NCBI GenBank assembly: GCA_049700215.1 | Contig: JBNAVT010000007.1 | Span: 54,172 to 73,921 of the forward strand | Source: Thermoproteota archaeon | GTDB lineage: Archaea > Thermoproteota > EX4484-205 > JAAOZP01 | Direction: 5' to 3' | DNA length: 19,750 nucleotides | Program-made: the position numbers and the translations under genes | Notes under the pieces: model-generated | Seen by the model: only the letters and a program-made list of their open reading frames with translations | Database searches by the model: none | What the model was told of the DNA's origin: nothing | Part shown: in pieces, positions 6,197 to 14,559 of the stretch | How positions within the stretch are numbered: the first letter of the stretch is position 1 | How the letters are laid out: each line of letters starts with the position of its first letter

Positions 6197-8449
6197 TCAA
6201 GACTCAACAGGGCTCCATAATGCTTCCGCCTCAACAGCGAGCGACAACAATCCTAGACGCGTACTCTTGTCCAGCCTCGTTAAATCAGCGACGTATATCC
6301 CGCTGAAGGTTAGGATGGACAGCCTACTCCCCTGGACGACGATAGTGCTCGGCAGAACAGCCTCCCTCCTAATGTTCCCGTTCTCATCCTCGAAAACAAT
6401 AATGACGTTAGCACTCCTCCTACCCCTGCCCACGGGCAGGATTTCAACAATCCTTTTTATCCGCGCCACGTTATACTTCCTAGTAAGGTAGCCGGCTACC
6501 GCGCTCCTGCTCTCCGCGTCAAGCCTCTTATAATCCTCTATGACGCCGAGCTCATCCCCCTTCTCGTCGTAAAGTATAACCATGTTCGGGTAGGAAACCG
6601 GGAAGGGTAGTCTCGCGCTAACGTTGCGCAAAGCATAGCCCTCCCCGGTTGAGACCCTTAGAGAATCGTTTTCACAGCTAATCTTCACGCCAGCCGGGTC
6701 TATTAAGGCCACGCGGCCAGCGTCGCTCGGCGTAGGCCTCTCCCTGAGGAGACCGTTAAACTCGCTCACAACCGTCCCGTCGAAAACCTCCACCACTCTG
6801 TTCACATACTTCGACAGAGTCGGGCGGTGGGAAATCAGGATTATCGTTGAATCAGGCAGATGGCTTAAAACATCCTTCACAATATCCTCTTCAAGGTCTA
6901 CAGCGATGTTTGAAGTAGACTCGTCTAGGAAAAGCACGCGCGGCCTTCTGACGAGCGCTCTAGCTATGCACACCATCTGCTTCTGCCCCCCGGAGAGCCT
7001 CCTCCCTGCTTCACCAATATCCGTGTCGTAGGCTAGGGGGAGCGTCATGACGAACCCGTGGGCACGGCTTATTTTCGAGGCTGCTAGCACGTCTATCGGG
7101 GAAGCCTCGTTAAACCCGTGGACAATGTTTAGAGCGATTGAACCGGGGAGGAGAAGAGGCTCCTGCGTAACCATTGCAACCTGGCTTCTGAAAGTGCCCA
7201 GCCTAAGCTTCCTCAGGTCAACCCCGTCGTAGAGAATCCTGCCCTCGCCGGGGTCGTAGAGCCTGGTGAGAAGCCTCACGAGCGTCGTCTTACCTGAGCC
7301 GTTCGGCCCCACTATGCCGACGACCTCACCCTTGTCAACGCTTAGGGAAACACTCTTGAGCACGGGTTTCTCAGAGTAGGCGAAACACACGTTTTCAACC
7401 CTTATGTTCCCCTCTATACTCTTGTCAAGAGGGTTCTCAGCCTCCTTCACGGAGGGCTCCATGTTTAAAACCTCAAGAATCTTCTCGTAAGCGGTTTCAG
7501 CCTGCACGTACATGGTTGCCATCTGGCTTAGGCTCCGGATCGGGGTGTAGACCTGCGCCACGTAGCCTAGGAAGGCGACTATCGTCCCAACCGTCGCCTC
7601 ACCGTTTAAAACCATGAAGCCGCCGAACAGCATGATCAGGGTTGAAGCAAGGGTTAACGAGAAATTCATAATCGGGAAATACTGCACGTTAACCTTAGCC
7701 AGGTTTATCTGCGCGTCATAAATGTCCTCAGCATACTTTTGAAACCTGTTGTTCTCAATGTTCTCAATCCCAAGTATCTTTACGAGAACTATTGAGGAGA
7801 GCACTGAAGTAACGTAGGACATGAAGTTTGAAGTAACCTTCCAAACCCTGAGGAACGCGAAGCGAACCCTCTTCTCGTAGGCCCATGTTCCGAGGACTAT
7901 TATCGGAATCGGGGTGAGCGCGGCTAGGGCGAGCCTAGGGTTCATCGTGAAGACTATTATCAGGGTGCCCACCAGCATCAGAACGTTAACCATTACGGAT
8001 TGGAGGCCGTCTATAAGGAACGACTGGATCTGCCTCGTGTAGGCGAAGATTTTCGCCACAAGGTCCCCGGTTTGACTCTGGTCGAAGAAGTCTAGGCTCA
8101 GGGTCACCATGTGGGAGTAGAGACGTTTCTGAAGGCTTAGGACAACCCTGTTGTGAAGAACCTCAGCCAAGTAGCCGGCTGCGGCGGAGACCGCGATGTT
8201 TAAAACGTAAAGCCCGATCAGCAGGCCAGCCAGCTGAACCAGCAGCTCAGGATTCCGCATCGGGATCAAAACCTGATCCGTTATCATCTTGCTGACGTAC
8301 GGCGGGACCAAGCCTATTGCCGCGGAGACGATTGAAAGAACAACGTACAGGGTGAGCGGCTTAACGTGCGGCCTAAGAAGCCCGATGAGCCTAAGCAGGT
8401 TCCCCCCTCTCCCGGCTGGAAGCATCGGGGCCCGTTTCTCAATCCCCAT
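6197..8449 (-). CDS. Fused ABC exporter (TMD + NBD) with C-terminal DUF1854-like domain
   Basis: Six-helix TMD, Walker A GPNGSGKT, LSGGQ signature, LFLDES Walker B, ISHR; C-terminal V..RLPFPVSYP...LYDEKGDELGVIED...LD..SR matches DUF1854. Confidence 0.9.
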   Translation of the reverse strand: MGIEKRAPMLPAGRGGNLLRLIGLLRPHVKPLTLYVVLSIVSAAIGLVPPYVSKMITDQVLIPMRNPELLVQLAGLLIGLYVLNIAVSAAAGYLAEVLHNRVVLSLQKRLYSHMVTLSLDFFDQSQTGDLVAKIFAYTRQIQSFLIDGLQSVMVNVLMLVGTLIIVFTMNPRLALAALTPIPIIVLGTWAYEKRVRFAFLRVWKVTSNFMSYVTSVLSSIVLVKILGIENIENNRFQKYAEDIYDAQINLAKVNVQYFPIMNFSLTLASTLIMLFGGFMVLNGEATVGTIVAFLGYVAQVYTPIRSLSQMATMYVQAETAYEKILEVLNMEPSVKEAENPLDKSIEGNIRVENVCFAYSEKPVLKSVSLSVDKGEVVGIVGPNGSGKTTLVRLLTRLYDPGEGRILYDGVDLRKLRLGTFRSQVAMVTQEPLLLPGSIALNIVHGFNEASPIDVLAASKISRAHGFVMTLPLAYDTDIGEAGRRLSGGQKQMVCIARALVRRPRVLFLDESTSNIAVDLEEDIVKDVLSHLPDSTIILISHRPTLSKYVNRVVEVFDGTVVSEFNGLLRERPTPSDAGRVALIDPAGVKISCENDSLRVSTGEGYALRNVSARLPFPVSYPNMVILYDEKGDELGVIEDYKRLDAESRSAVAGYLTRKYNVARIKRIVEILPVGRGRRSANVIIVFEDENGNIRREAVLPSTIVVQGSRLSILTFSGIYVADLTRLDKSTRLGLLSLAVEAEALWSPVES

Positions 8450-8538
8450 CTTGGGGAAGCGAGCACCGCGGAAGATTTAAGCGTTAAAGCCGGTGAACCG
8501 GTTATACTCTTATTAGTCGGCGGAGTGTTCCCCTCAGC

Positions 8539-9612
8539 ATGCTTCGCGAACTGTCCCGGGAGGAGCTGGAGACATACTCGAGGCAGATCTCTCTGAGGGA
8601 CATAGGCGTAAGCGGGCAGGAGAAAATAAGGAGGGCGAGGGTCTGCGTCATAGGCGTCGGGGGACTCGGGTCCACAATAGTGGCGCAGCTTGCGGGAATG
8701 GGTGTTGGACTGCTTAGAATAGTTGACCGAGACCTGGTTGAAAGAGTCAACCTCCACAGGCAGAGCCTCTACGACGTTGACTCTCTCGGAATGCCTAAGG
8801 CTGAGGCTGCTGAAAACAGGGTTAGGAGGATAAACCCTGACGTAAGGGTTGAAGCGCTCCCGCTTTCAGTAGGCGAGCATAATGCTGAGAAAGTGGTTGA
8901 AGACATGGATATTGTTCTAGACGGCCTGGATAGTCTAGCAGCCAGGAGGATCGTGAACAGGGCGTGCGTCAAACACGGGAAGCCATACTTGTTCGGAGCA
9001 GCCGTGGAAATGTTCGGGAACGCTTCGACGATAATCCCCGGGGAAACCCCGTGTCTAGACTGCTTCCTGCCGAGGCAGGAGCCCTCGGCAACGTGCTCAA
9101 CAGTAGGGGTGCACCCCTCGGTCGTCACGATGGTTGCGAGCATACAGGTTTCTGAGGCTGTGAAGATAATCACCGGCGCTAAGCCGTCGCTAGCCGGTAG
9201 ACTGCTTTTCATAGACCTTAGAAGCCTTCTCATCGAATCCGTCAGCGTAAGCCGTTCAGACTCTTGCGAGACCTGCGGCGGGAAGCAGCCGGTCTTAAAA
9301 GAGGCGGGGGAAGGCTTCACTGTTGAAGAGGCTCGTGCAGCAGGGGGTGGAGCATGCTTCACGGTTTCCCCGAGCAGTCTCTTCGAGCTTGACTTCACCA
9401 GGCTTCCCTCCGAATCACCGGGGCTTAGGGTGAAGAAGGCATGCAGGCTGGGGGTCACGCTCACGCTGCGCGACACTCTTGAAATATGCTTGCTGAAATA
9501 CGGTTCAAGCATAGTCAGGGGCGCTGGGGATAGGGCTGAAGCCCTGCAAGCCTACTTGGAGGCGTTAAGCCTCTTCAACCGCCGCGCAGTCACAGGCTTC
9601 AGCCAGGGTTAA
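8539..9612 (+). CDS. ThiF/MoeB/HesA-family E1-like adenylyltransferase
   Basis: YSRQ, GVGGLG, DRDLVERVNLHRQ, PKAEAA, DGLD, Zn ligands CLDC/CETC, catalytic-type Cys in ATCSTVGV; C-terminal extension. Confidence 0.93.
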   Translation: MLRELSREELETYSRQISLRDIGVSGQEKIRRARVCVIGVGGLGSTIVAQLAGMGVGLLRIVDRDLVERVNLHRQSLYDVDSLGMPKAEAAENRVRRINPDVRVEALPLSVGEHNAEKVVEDMDIVLDGLDSLAARRIVNRACVKHGKPYLFGAAVEMFGNASTIIPGETPCLDCFLPRQEPSATCSTVGVHPSVVTMVASIQVSEAVKIITGAKPSLAGRLLFIDLRSLLIESVSVSRSDSCETCGGKQPVLKEAGEGFTVEEARAAGGGACFTVSPSSLFELDFTRLPSESPGLRVKKACRLGVTLTLRDTLEICLLKYGSSIVRGAGDRAEALQAYLEALSLFNRRAVTGFSQG

Positions 9613-9658
9613 GCCTCAGACAGTGTTACTGATGATTCCGGCTGAAAAACACCCTAAG

Positions 9659-9677
9659 ATTATGAAATATTCAGAAT
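9659..9677. promoter_or_regulatory. Imperfect palindrome in pncB promoter
   Basis: ATTATGAA-ATA-TTCAGAAT (7/8 arms) just upstream of TATA-like CTTATC. Confidence 0.3.
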
Positions 9678-9715
9678 TAAGACTTATCTAGAGCTTTCTT
9701 AAATCACTATGCGTT

Positions 9716-11080
9716 ATGGAGGGGAGCCTGGCGCTCTTCACGGATCTCTACGAGGTTTCGATGGCTCAAGCATATTTTAAAACCGGGAACGTTAAAGCCA
9801 CTTTCGAGCTTTTCGTCAGAAGGCTTCCCCCGAACCGGGGCTACTTGATAGCGGCGGGGCTGGAGGACGTTTGCAACTATTTGTTAAGCTTCAGGTTTGA
9901 GAAAGAGGACCTGGAGTTTCTCGCGCAGAAAGGATTTGAAAAAGGTTTTCTGAAAGCCCTCTCGAAAACAAGGTTCACCGGGGATGTTTGGGCACTCCCC
10001 GAGGGCGAGCTGGTCTTCCAGCATGAGCCGATAATAAGGGTTACTGCACCCATAATGGAGGCACAGTTCTTCGAAACCTTCGTGATAAACACTGTTAATT
10101 TTCAAACACTGATCGCGACGAAGGCCTCGAGAATCGTCGGCTCAGCCAAGGGCAGGCAGGTGGTTGACTTCGGCTCCAGGAGGGCCCACGGTGTAGACGC
10201 TGGGCTTAAGGCGGCCCGGGCGAGCTACATCGGCGGCTGCGTCGGGACGTCGAACGTTCTAGCCGGCAAGAAGTACGGGATACCCGTCTACGGGACGATG
10301 GCGCACTCCTATGTTGAAGCCTTCCCGAGCGAGAAGGAGGCTTTCAAAGCCTGGTTGAAAACATGGGGCGCCGACACGGTTCTGCTCGTGGACACGTACG
10401 ATACTCTGCGCGGCGTCAGGAACGCGATTGAAGCCGTTGAGGAGCTGACTGGGAGGAAGGAGCTTAAGGGTGTTAGAATGGATTCTGGAGACATGCTGAG
10501 CCTGAGTAAAGAGGCTAGGAGGATCCTTGATGAAGCCGGGTTCAACGCGACAAAGATATTTGTGAGCAGCGGTCTCGACGAGTACGTTATTGAAGACTAC
10601 TTGAGCAGGGGTGCTCAGATAGATGTTTTCGGAGTAGGCTCGTCGCTAGTGACGTCTGACGACGCTCCTAAGACAGACATGGTTTACAAGCTTGTTGAAA
10701 GCGAGGAGAACGGTAGGCTCGTGCCAAGGATGAAGATCGCTGAGGGTGAGAAGGCAACCCTGCCGGGTGCGAAGCAGGTTTACAGGGTTGAGAAGGGGGG
10801 GAAGTATGTTAAGGACACGGTTGGGCTCTGCGACGAGGATCTTGAAGGGGAGAGGAGGCTTATTCAAGTCTTCAAGGAGGGCAGGCTCGTCTACAGGCTT
10901 CCGAGGCTCGACGAGATAAGGGAGAAGACCAGGATGGAGCTGGAGAAGCTTCCGGATGAGCATAAGAAGATTAGGAACCCGGAGCCCTACCCGGTTGTGG
11001 TGAGCGATAAAATAATGGAGCTGGGCAGGCAGCTGGTCAGGAAACTGTTGTCCGGGAAGCAGGATCAGGCTTCCCCCTAA
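9716..11080 (+). CDS. pncB: Nicotinate phosphoribosyltransferase
   Basis: TDLYE, DFGSRRAHG, GTSNV, GTMAHSYV, LVDTYD, RMDSGD, FGVG, VYKLV. Confidence 0.97.
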   Translation: MEGSLALFTDLYEVSMAQAYFKTGNVKATFELFVRRLPPNRGYLIAAGLEDVCNYLLSFRFEKEDLEFLAQKGFEKGFLKALSKTRFTGDVWALPEGELVFQHEPIIRVTAPIMEAQFFETFVINTVNFQTLIATKASRIVGSAKGRQVVDFGSRRAHGVDAGLKAARASYIGGCVGTSNVLAGKKYGIPVYGTMAHSYVEAFPSEKEAFKAWLKTWGADTVLLVDTYDTLRGVRNAIEAVEELTGRKELKGVRMDSGDMLSLSKEARRILDEAGFNATKIFVSSGLDEYVIEDYLSRGAQIDVFGVGSSLVTSDDAPKTDMVYKLVESEENGRLVPRMKIAEGEKATLPGAKQVYRVEKGGKYVKDTVGLCDEDLEGERRLIQVFKEGRLVYRLPRLDEIREKTRMELEKLPDEHKKIRNPEPYPVVVSDKIMELGRQLVRKLLSGKQDQASP

Positions 11081-11712
11081 GGCTGAATATCGCTCAGCGT
11101 AACGCCTATCGCCCCCTTCAAAACCATCTCCCTAACTGCCTTCTCACTGTCACCCGGGTGAGCGTCAACACCTTTAACAGCGTCAAGCAGCAGAACGGTT
11201 TCGAAACCAAGGTCGATCGAGTCCAGCACAGTAGCCTTGACACAGTAGTCCGTGGCAAGCCCGCCTATGAAAAGCCTCCTGGCGCCGAGCCTGCGAAGCT
11301 CAAGGTCTAGAATAGTCTCCTGGAAGCCGGAGTACGAGTCCCTGTCTGGTGAGAAAGCCTTGTCAATAACCCTAGTGCTAGAAGGAAGGCTGAGCATGCT
11401 CGATATCTCAGCGCCCCAAGTGTTCTGCACGCAGTGAGGCGGCCAGGGCCCGCCCCTCGTGTTGAAGCTCACGTGCCCCCTGGGGTGCCAGTCCCTCGTT
11501 GCGAAAACAGGTAGGCCGCTGCTTGCGAAAAGACTGATATACTTGTTCAAAGGCCTTATTACTGAATCCCCGTCTGGAACAGGCAGGGCTCCACCCGGCA
11601 GAAAGTCGTTCTGAACATCCACGATGACGAGGACGCTTCTCCCGGTTAGCGAGATCCTCACGGAGCCGGGTGGGCAGAGCGTGGAGTTAAGTCTTTCCCT
11701 AATAGCGGGCAT
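11077..11712 (-). CDS. pncA: Nicotinamidase/pyrazinamidase (start possibly GTG 11661)
   Basis: VDVQNDFLPGGAL, DWHP..H, WPPHCVQ, K...YSGF, GLATDYCVKAT. Confidence 0.96.
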   Translation of the reverse strand: MPAIRERLNSTLCPPGSVRISLTGRSVLVIVDVQNDFLPGGALPVPDGDSVIRPLNKYISLFASSGLPVFATRDWHPRGHVSFNTRGGPWPPHCVQNTWGAEISSMLSLPSSTRVIDKAFSPDRDSYSGFQETILDLELRRLGARRLFIGGLATDYCVKATVLDSIDLGFETVLLLDAVKGVDAHPGDSEKAVREMVLKGAIGVTLSDIQP

Positions 11713-11766
11713 GGGCCGTGTTGGAAACGGCTAAACCCCTGCCCAGCGTAATGCTTAAGATTCCTC

Positions 11767-12648
11767 GTGGAAAACTGGTTCACCGGGTTGGAGTACCGTG
11801 AGCTCGGGAAAACCGGTTTCAAGGCTTCAGTAATAGGAATGGGGACCTACTATGATCCCGCGTACATTGTTCTAGCGAGGCTTCTGCGCCTACACAGGGG
11901 CAGGGGTTTGAAGATAGCTGCGTTGAGGAAGGGTGTTGAGCTCGGAATAAACCTTATCGACACCGCTGAGATATATGAGACTGAGGGGCTGGTTGCGGAG
12001 GCTTTGAAAGGCTTTAAAAGAGACGAGCTTTTCATAGCTTCAAAAGTCTGGCTCACGCATCTCCGCTACGAGAAGGTTTTAAAGGCTGCTGAAAACAGTT
12101 TAAGAAGGCTGGGCTGCTCGTACATCGACCTCTACCAGGTTCACTGGCCAAACCCCTCTGTGCCGGTTGAGGAAACCATGCGGGCGATGAGCAGGCTGGT
12201 TGACGAGGGGAAGATTAGGCACATAGGCGTAAGCAACTTCCCGCTCGAGCTTTTGAAGAGGGCGCAGGAAGCGCTTCCAAGGCATGAGATCGCCTCAAAC
12301 CAGGTTGAGTACAGCCTGGCGGTCAGGAGGATTGAGAAGGACCTGCTGCCATACTGCGAGCAGAACAGTATAGCGGTGCTCGCTTACCGTCCCCTGGCTC
12401 ACGGCGCGCTCGCCAAGCCTGGGGGCGGGCTGCAGAAGGTATTCAGGGAAATCGGCGTGAAACACGGGGGTAAGACGCCCGCCCAGATTGCTCTCAACTG
12501 GCTCTTCAACAGGAGCAGGGTGGTCTTCCCAATACCTAGGGCTTCGAAGCCGGAGAGGATTGTTGAGAACGCTGGCGCAGCAGGCTGGAGGCTCGACGAG
12601 AACGATGTGAACATGCTTCTGAAGACTGTTCGGGAAACCGGCGGCTGA
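11767..12648 (+). CDS. Aldo/keto reductase (start possibly TTG 11788)
   Basis: YRELGKTG, DTAEIY, ASKVW, IDLYQVHWP, IGVSNF, NQVEYS, TPAQIALNWL. Confidence 0.95.
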   Translation: MENWFTGLEYRELGKTGFKASVIGMGTYYDPAYIVLARLLRLHRGRGLKIAALRKGVELGINLIDTAEIYETEGLVAEALKGFKRDELFIASKVWLTHLRYEKVLKAAENSLRRLGCSYIDLYQVHWPNPSVPVEETMRAMSRLVDEGKIRHIGVSNFPLELLKRAQEALPRHEIASNQVEYSLAVRRIEKDLLPYCEQNSIAVLAYRPLAHGALAKPGGGLQKVFREIGVKHGGKTPAQIALNWLFNRSRVVFPIPRASKPERIVENAGAAGWRLDENDVNMLLKTVRETGG

Positions 12649-12653
12649 AAAAC

Positions 12654-13892
12654 CTAGTCAAGAAACCCTCTGCAGGGTTCAAGCATCGCCCGCTCGCCCC
12701 GTGTAAGCTCGAAAACCCTTCTGAGCAGCTGCTCGTCAGCCGGCGTGAACTCCGCCTCGCGTAGGGAAGCCTGCCTCCTTGCTGTTTTCAAAACGTCTTC
12801 AACACTAACCTCGCAAACAGGCTGCCCGCTGGTTTTCCCGTAGGAGACGAAGGAGGGCACGTTCTCCCAGACGTGCCCGTTAACCCTGGAAGCGACGCCG
12901 ATGCTTCCCCCATGGTGGATGATTGTTCCAGCCGAGGCCTTAACATGGTCGGAGATGATTCCGCCGAAGCCCGGGGCCCCGGTTCCAGTCCTGCTTCCAG
13001 AGTTCGCGAACAAGGGTCCGAGCTCAACCCATTCGCCTACGTAAGCATGACCCAGGAACCCTGCGTGCTGCTTGTCAACACACCCGTGTATTATCGTGGC
13101 CTCAACCTCCCCGCCTATTCTGCAGGAAGGCCCAATGTTCGAGCCGCCCCTGATTACTGAAGAAGGGTGTATGACTGTACCCGGCCCAATGTATGCGGGG
13201 CCCTCTATGAAGCTGCCGGCACGTATCTCACAGCCCTCGCCAACGTATATCGGGCCGTTCACAGTGTCCAGAGTCACGTACGGGTCGATCTCAGTATCCC
13301 TGCCGACGTAAACATTCCTCCTCCTGCCTATCAGCGTCGCCTCAGGCGGTATCCTGAGCCTGAGCCTAGGCATAGTCTCGTAGTCCTCGATAATCTGCAG
13401 AGCATTCCTCTCAACAATCTCCCAGGGGCTGGTTAATAGAGCGTCACCCCCGTACTCAGTCTTCTCAAACGATTTCTCCAAGACTCTTCTCAAGGCTTCG
13501 ACGCCGGGAGCATCCGTCAGCAGCGCCGCCACCTCCCTAGCCCTGGCCTCGCTGAACCTTGCTAGAACAATCCTGCCATCCCTCGTAACAACCGTTTCAG
13601 GCCTGATTTTCTGAGCGATGCTGCGCAGCTCGCTGTTGAAAACCAGGAGCCCGTTTATGAAAACAGTCTCGTCGTCAATAGCCTCAGGCTCGTTAGCCCT
13701 AGCCCTCTTCTTCAGCCTAATGTGTTCAGCAATATGGCTCCTAGCCAGGAAATCAACCTGCTCAACCTGCATGAAGTGCTTAACGCGCTCAGCTAGGGTG
13801 AAGAGGCCCAGCCTGAGGTCGAAAACCCCACGCGTCAGGGCCAGCGGCTCGAAGCCGCGGGCTGCATAGTCTTCAAACACTATTATCCTCAT
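12654..13892 (-). CDS. GlmU-like sugar nucleotidyltransferase/hexapeptide-repeat acyltransferase (divergent)
   Basis: IIVFED....FEPLALTR..FDLRLG..TL.ER N-terminal domain; left-handed beta-helix GPIYVG, GPAYIG, RIGGEVE, KQHAGFLGHAYVGEWV. Confidence 0.85.
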   Translation of the reverse strand: MRIIVFEDYAARGFEPLALTRGVFDLRLGLFTLAERVKHFMQVEQVDFLARSHIAEHIRLKKRARANEPEAIDDETVFINGLLVFNSELRSIAQKIRPETVVTRDGRIVLARFSEARAREVAALLTDAPGVEALRRVLEKSFEKTEYGGDALLTSPWEIVERNALQIIEDYETMPRLRLRIPPEATLIGRRRNVYVGRDTEIDPYVTLDTVNGPIYVGEGCEIRAGSFIEGPAYIGPGTVIHPSSVIRGGSNIGPSCRIGGEVEATIIHGCVDKQHAGFLGHAYVGEWVELGPLFANSGSRTGTGAPGFGGIISDHVKASAGTIIHHGGSIGVASRVNGHVWENVPSFVSYGKTSGQPVCEVSVEDVLKTARRQASLREAEFTPADEQLLRRVFELTRGERAMLEPCRGFLD

Positions 13893-13909
13893 CCAGACCC
13901 GGCTGGTGG

Positions 13910-13921
13910 AAAGTTAACTTT
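13910..13921. promoter_or_regulatory. Perfect palindrome AAAGTTAACTTT in divergent promoter region
   Basis: Read directly, abutting TTTAAA; between the GlmU-like and methyltransferase genes. Confidence 0.35.
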
Positions 13922-13948
13922 AAACCTTTCCTCAACGGGTTTAAGCGA

Positions 13949-14485
13949 GTGTTCTCAACAATGCTTGAAGGCTCTTCCTGGATTGAGAGGGAGGAGAGGC
14001 TGAGCATGGTTTCAAGAATGCTCGCAGACTACCCTTATTCGCAGAGCCCTGTTCAGGTAGTCGACGCCGCGCTGCAGCTGGCTGAACCATGCTGGAGGGA
14101 TGTTCTGGTTGACCTAGGCTGCGGAGACGGCTCTGTCCTCGTCAGGGCTGCTGAAAAATACGGGGTTTTCAGCGTAGGCCTGGAGATTGACCCACGCCTT
14201 ATTGAAGCAGCCAGGAGAAGAGTGAGAAACGCTGGCTTAAGCCACATGGTTGACCTCGTCTACGCAGACCTTTTCCAGGTGGATTTATCCAGGTTCAGCC
14301 TGGTGTACGCCTACCCTTTCCCACCCATTGTTAAAAGACTATCCTTGAAAATACTAGACGAGTGTAGGAAGGGGGCTAGGATAATTGTCCACGACCATCC
14401 TCTTGAAAAACTCGAGCCGCTGAAAACCGTGGCCCTGCCGTCAGGCGGGGAGCATATTCACAAAGTATTCCTATACAGGCTTTAA
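13949..14485 (+). CDS. Class I SAM-dependent methyltransferase, archaeal protein-lysine methyltransferase (aKMT/FAM173)-like
   Basis: PY..SP..VV, DLGCGDG, GLEID, DLF.VDLS, GARIIVHD, H.VFLY; start may be ATG 13961 or later. Confidence 0.85.
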   Translation: MFSTMLEGSSWIEREERLSMVSRMLADYPYSQSPVQVVDAALQLAEPCWRDVLVDLGCGDGSVLVRAAEKYGVFSVGLEIDPRLIEAARRRVRNAGLSHMVDLVYADLFQVDLSRFSLVYAYPFPPIVKRLSLKILDECRKGARIIVHDHPLEKLEPLKTVALPSGGEHIHKVFLYRL

Positions 14486-14559
14486 GCGCTGCTAGGCTTA
14501 ACCGTGAGGGTCGCGCGCAGAAGCCAGCAGGGGTTAAGACAAAAATACCGGCGGCAGGC

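Noticed and set aside
8314-8757. ORFs crossing the ABC/ThiF divergent region as a possible RiPP precursor
   Set aside because: They overlap both real genes and show no leader/core pattern; the ThiF protein has MoeB-type features.
8769-9512. 247-aa minus-strand ORF
   Set aside because: Fully antisense to the ThiF/MoeB gene, Ser/Thr-rich shadow composition, no motifs.
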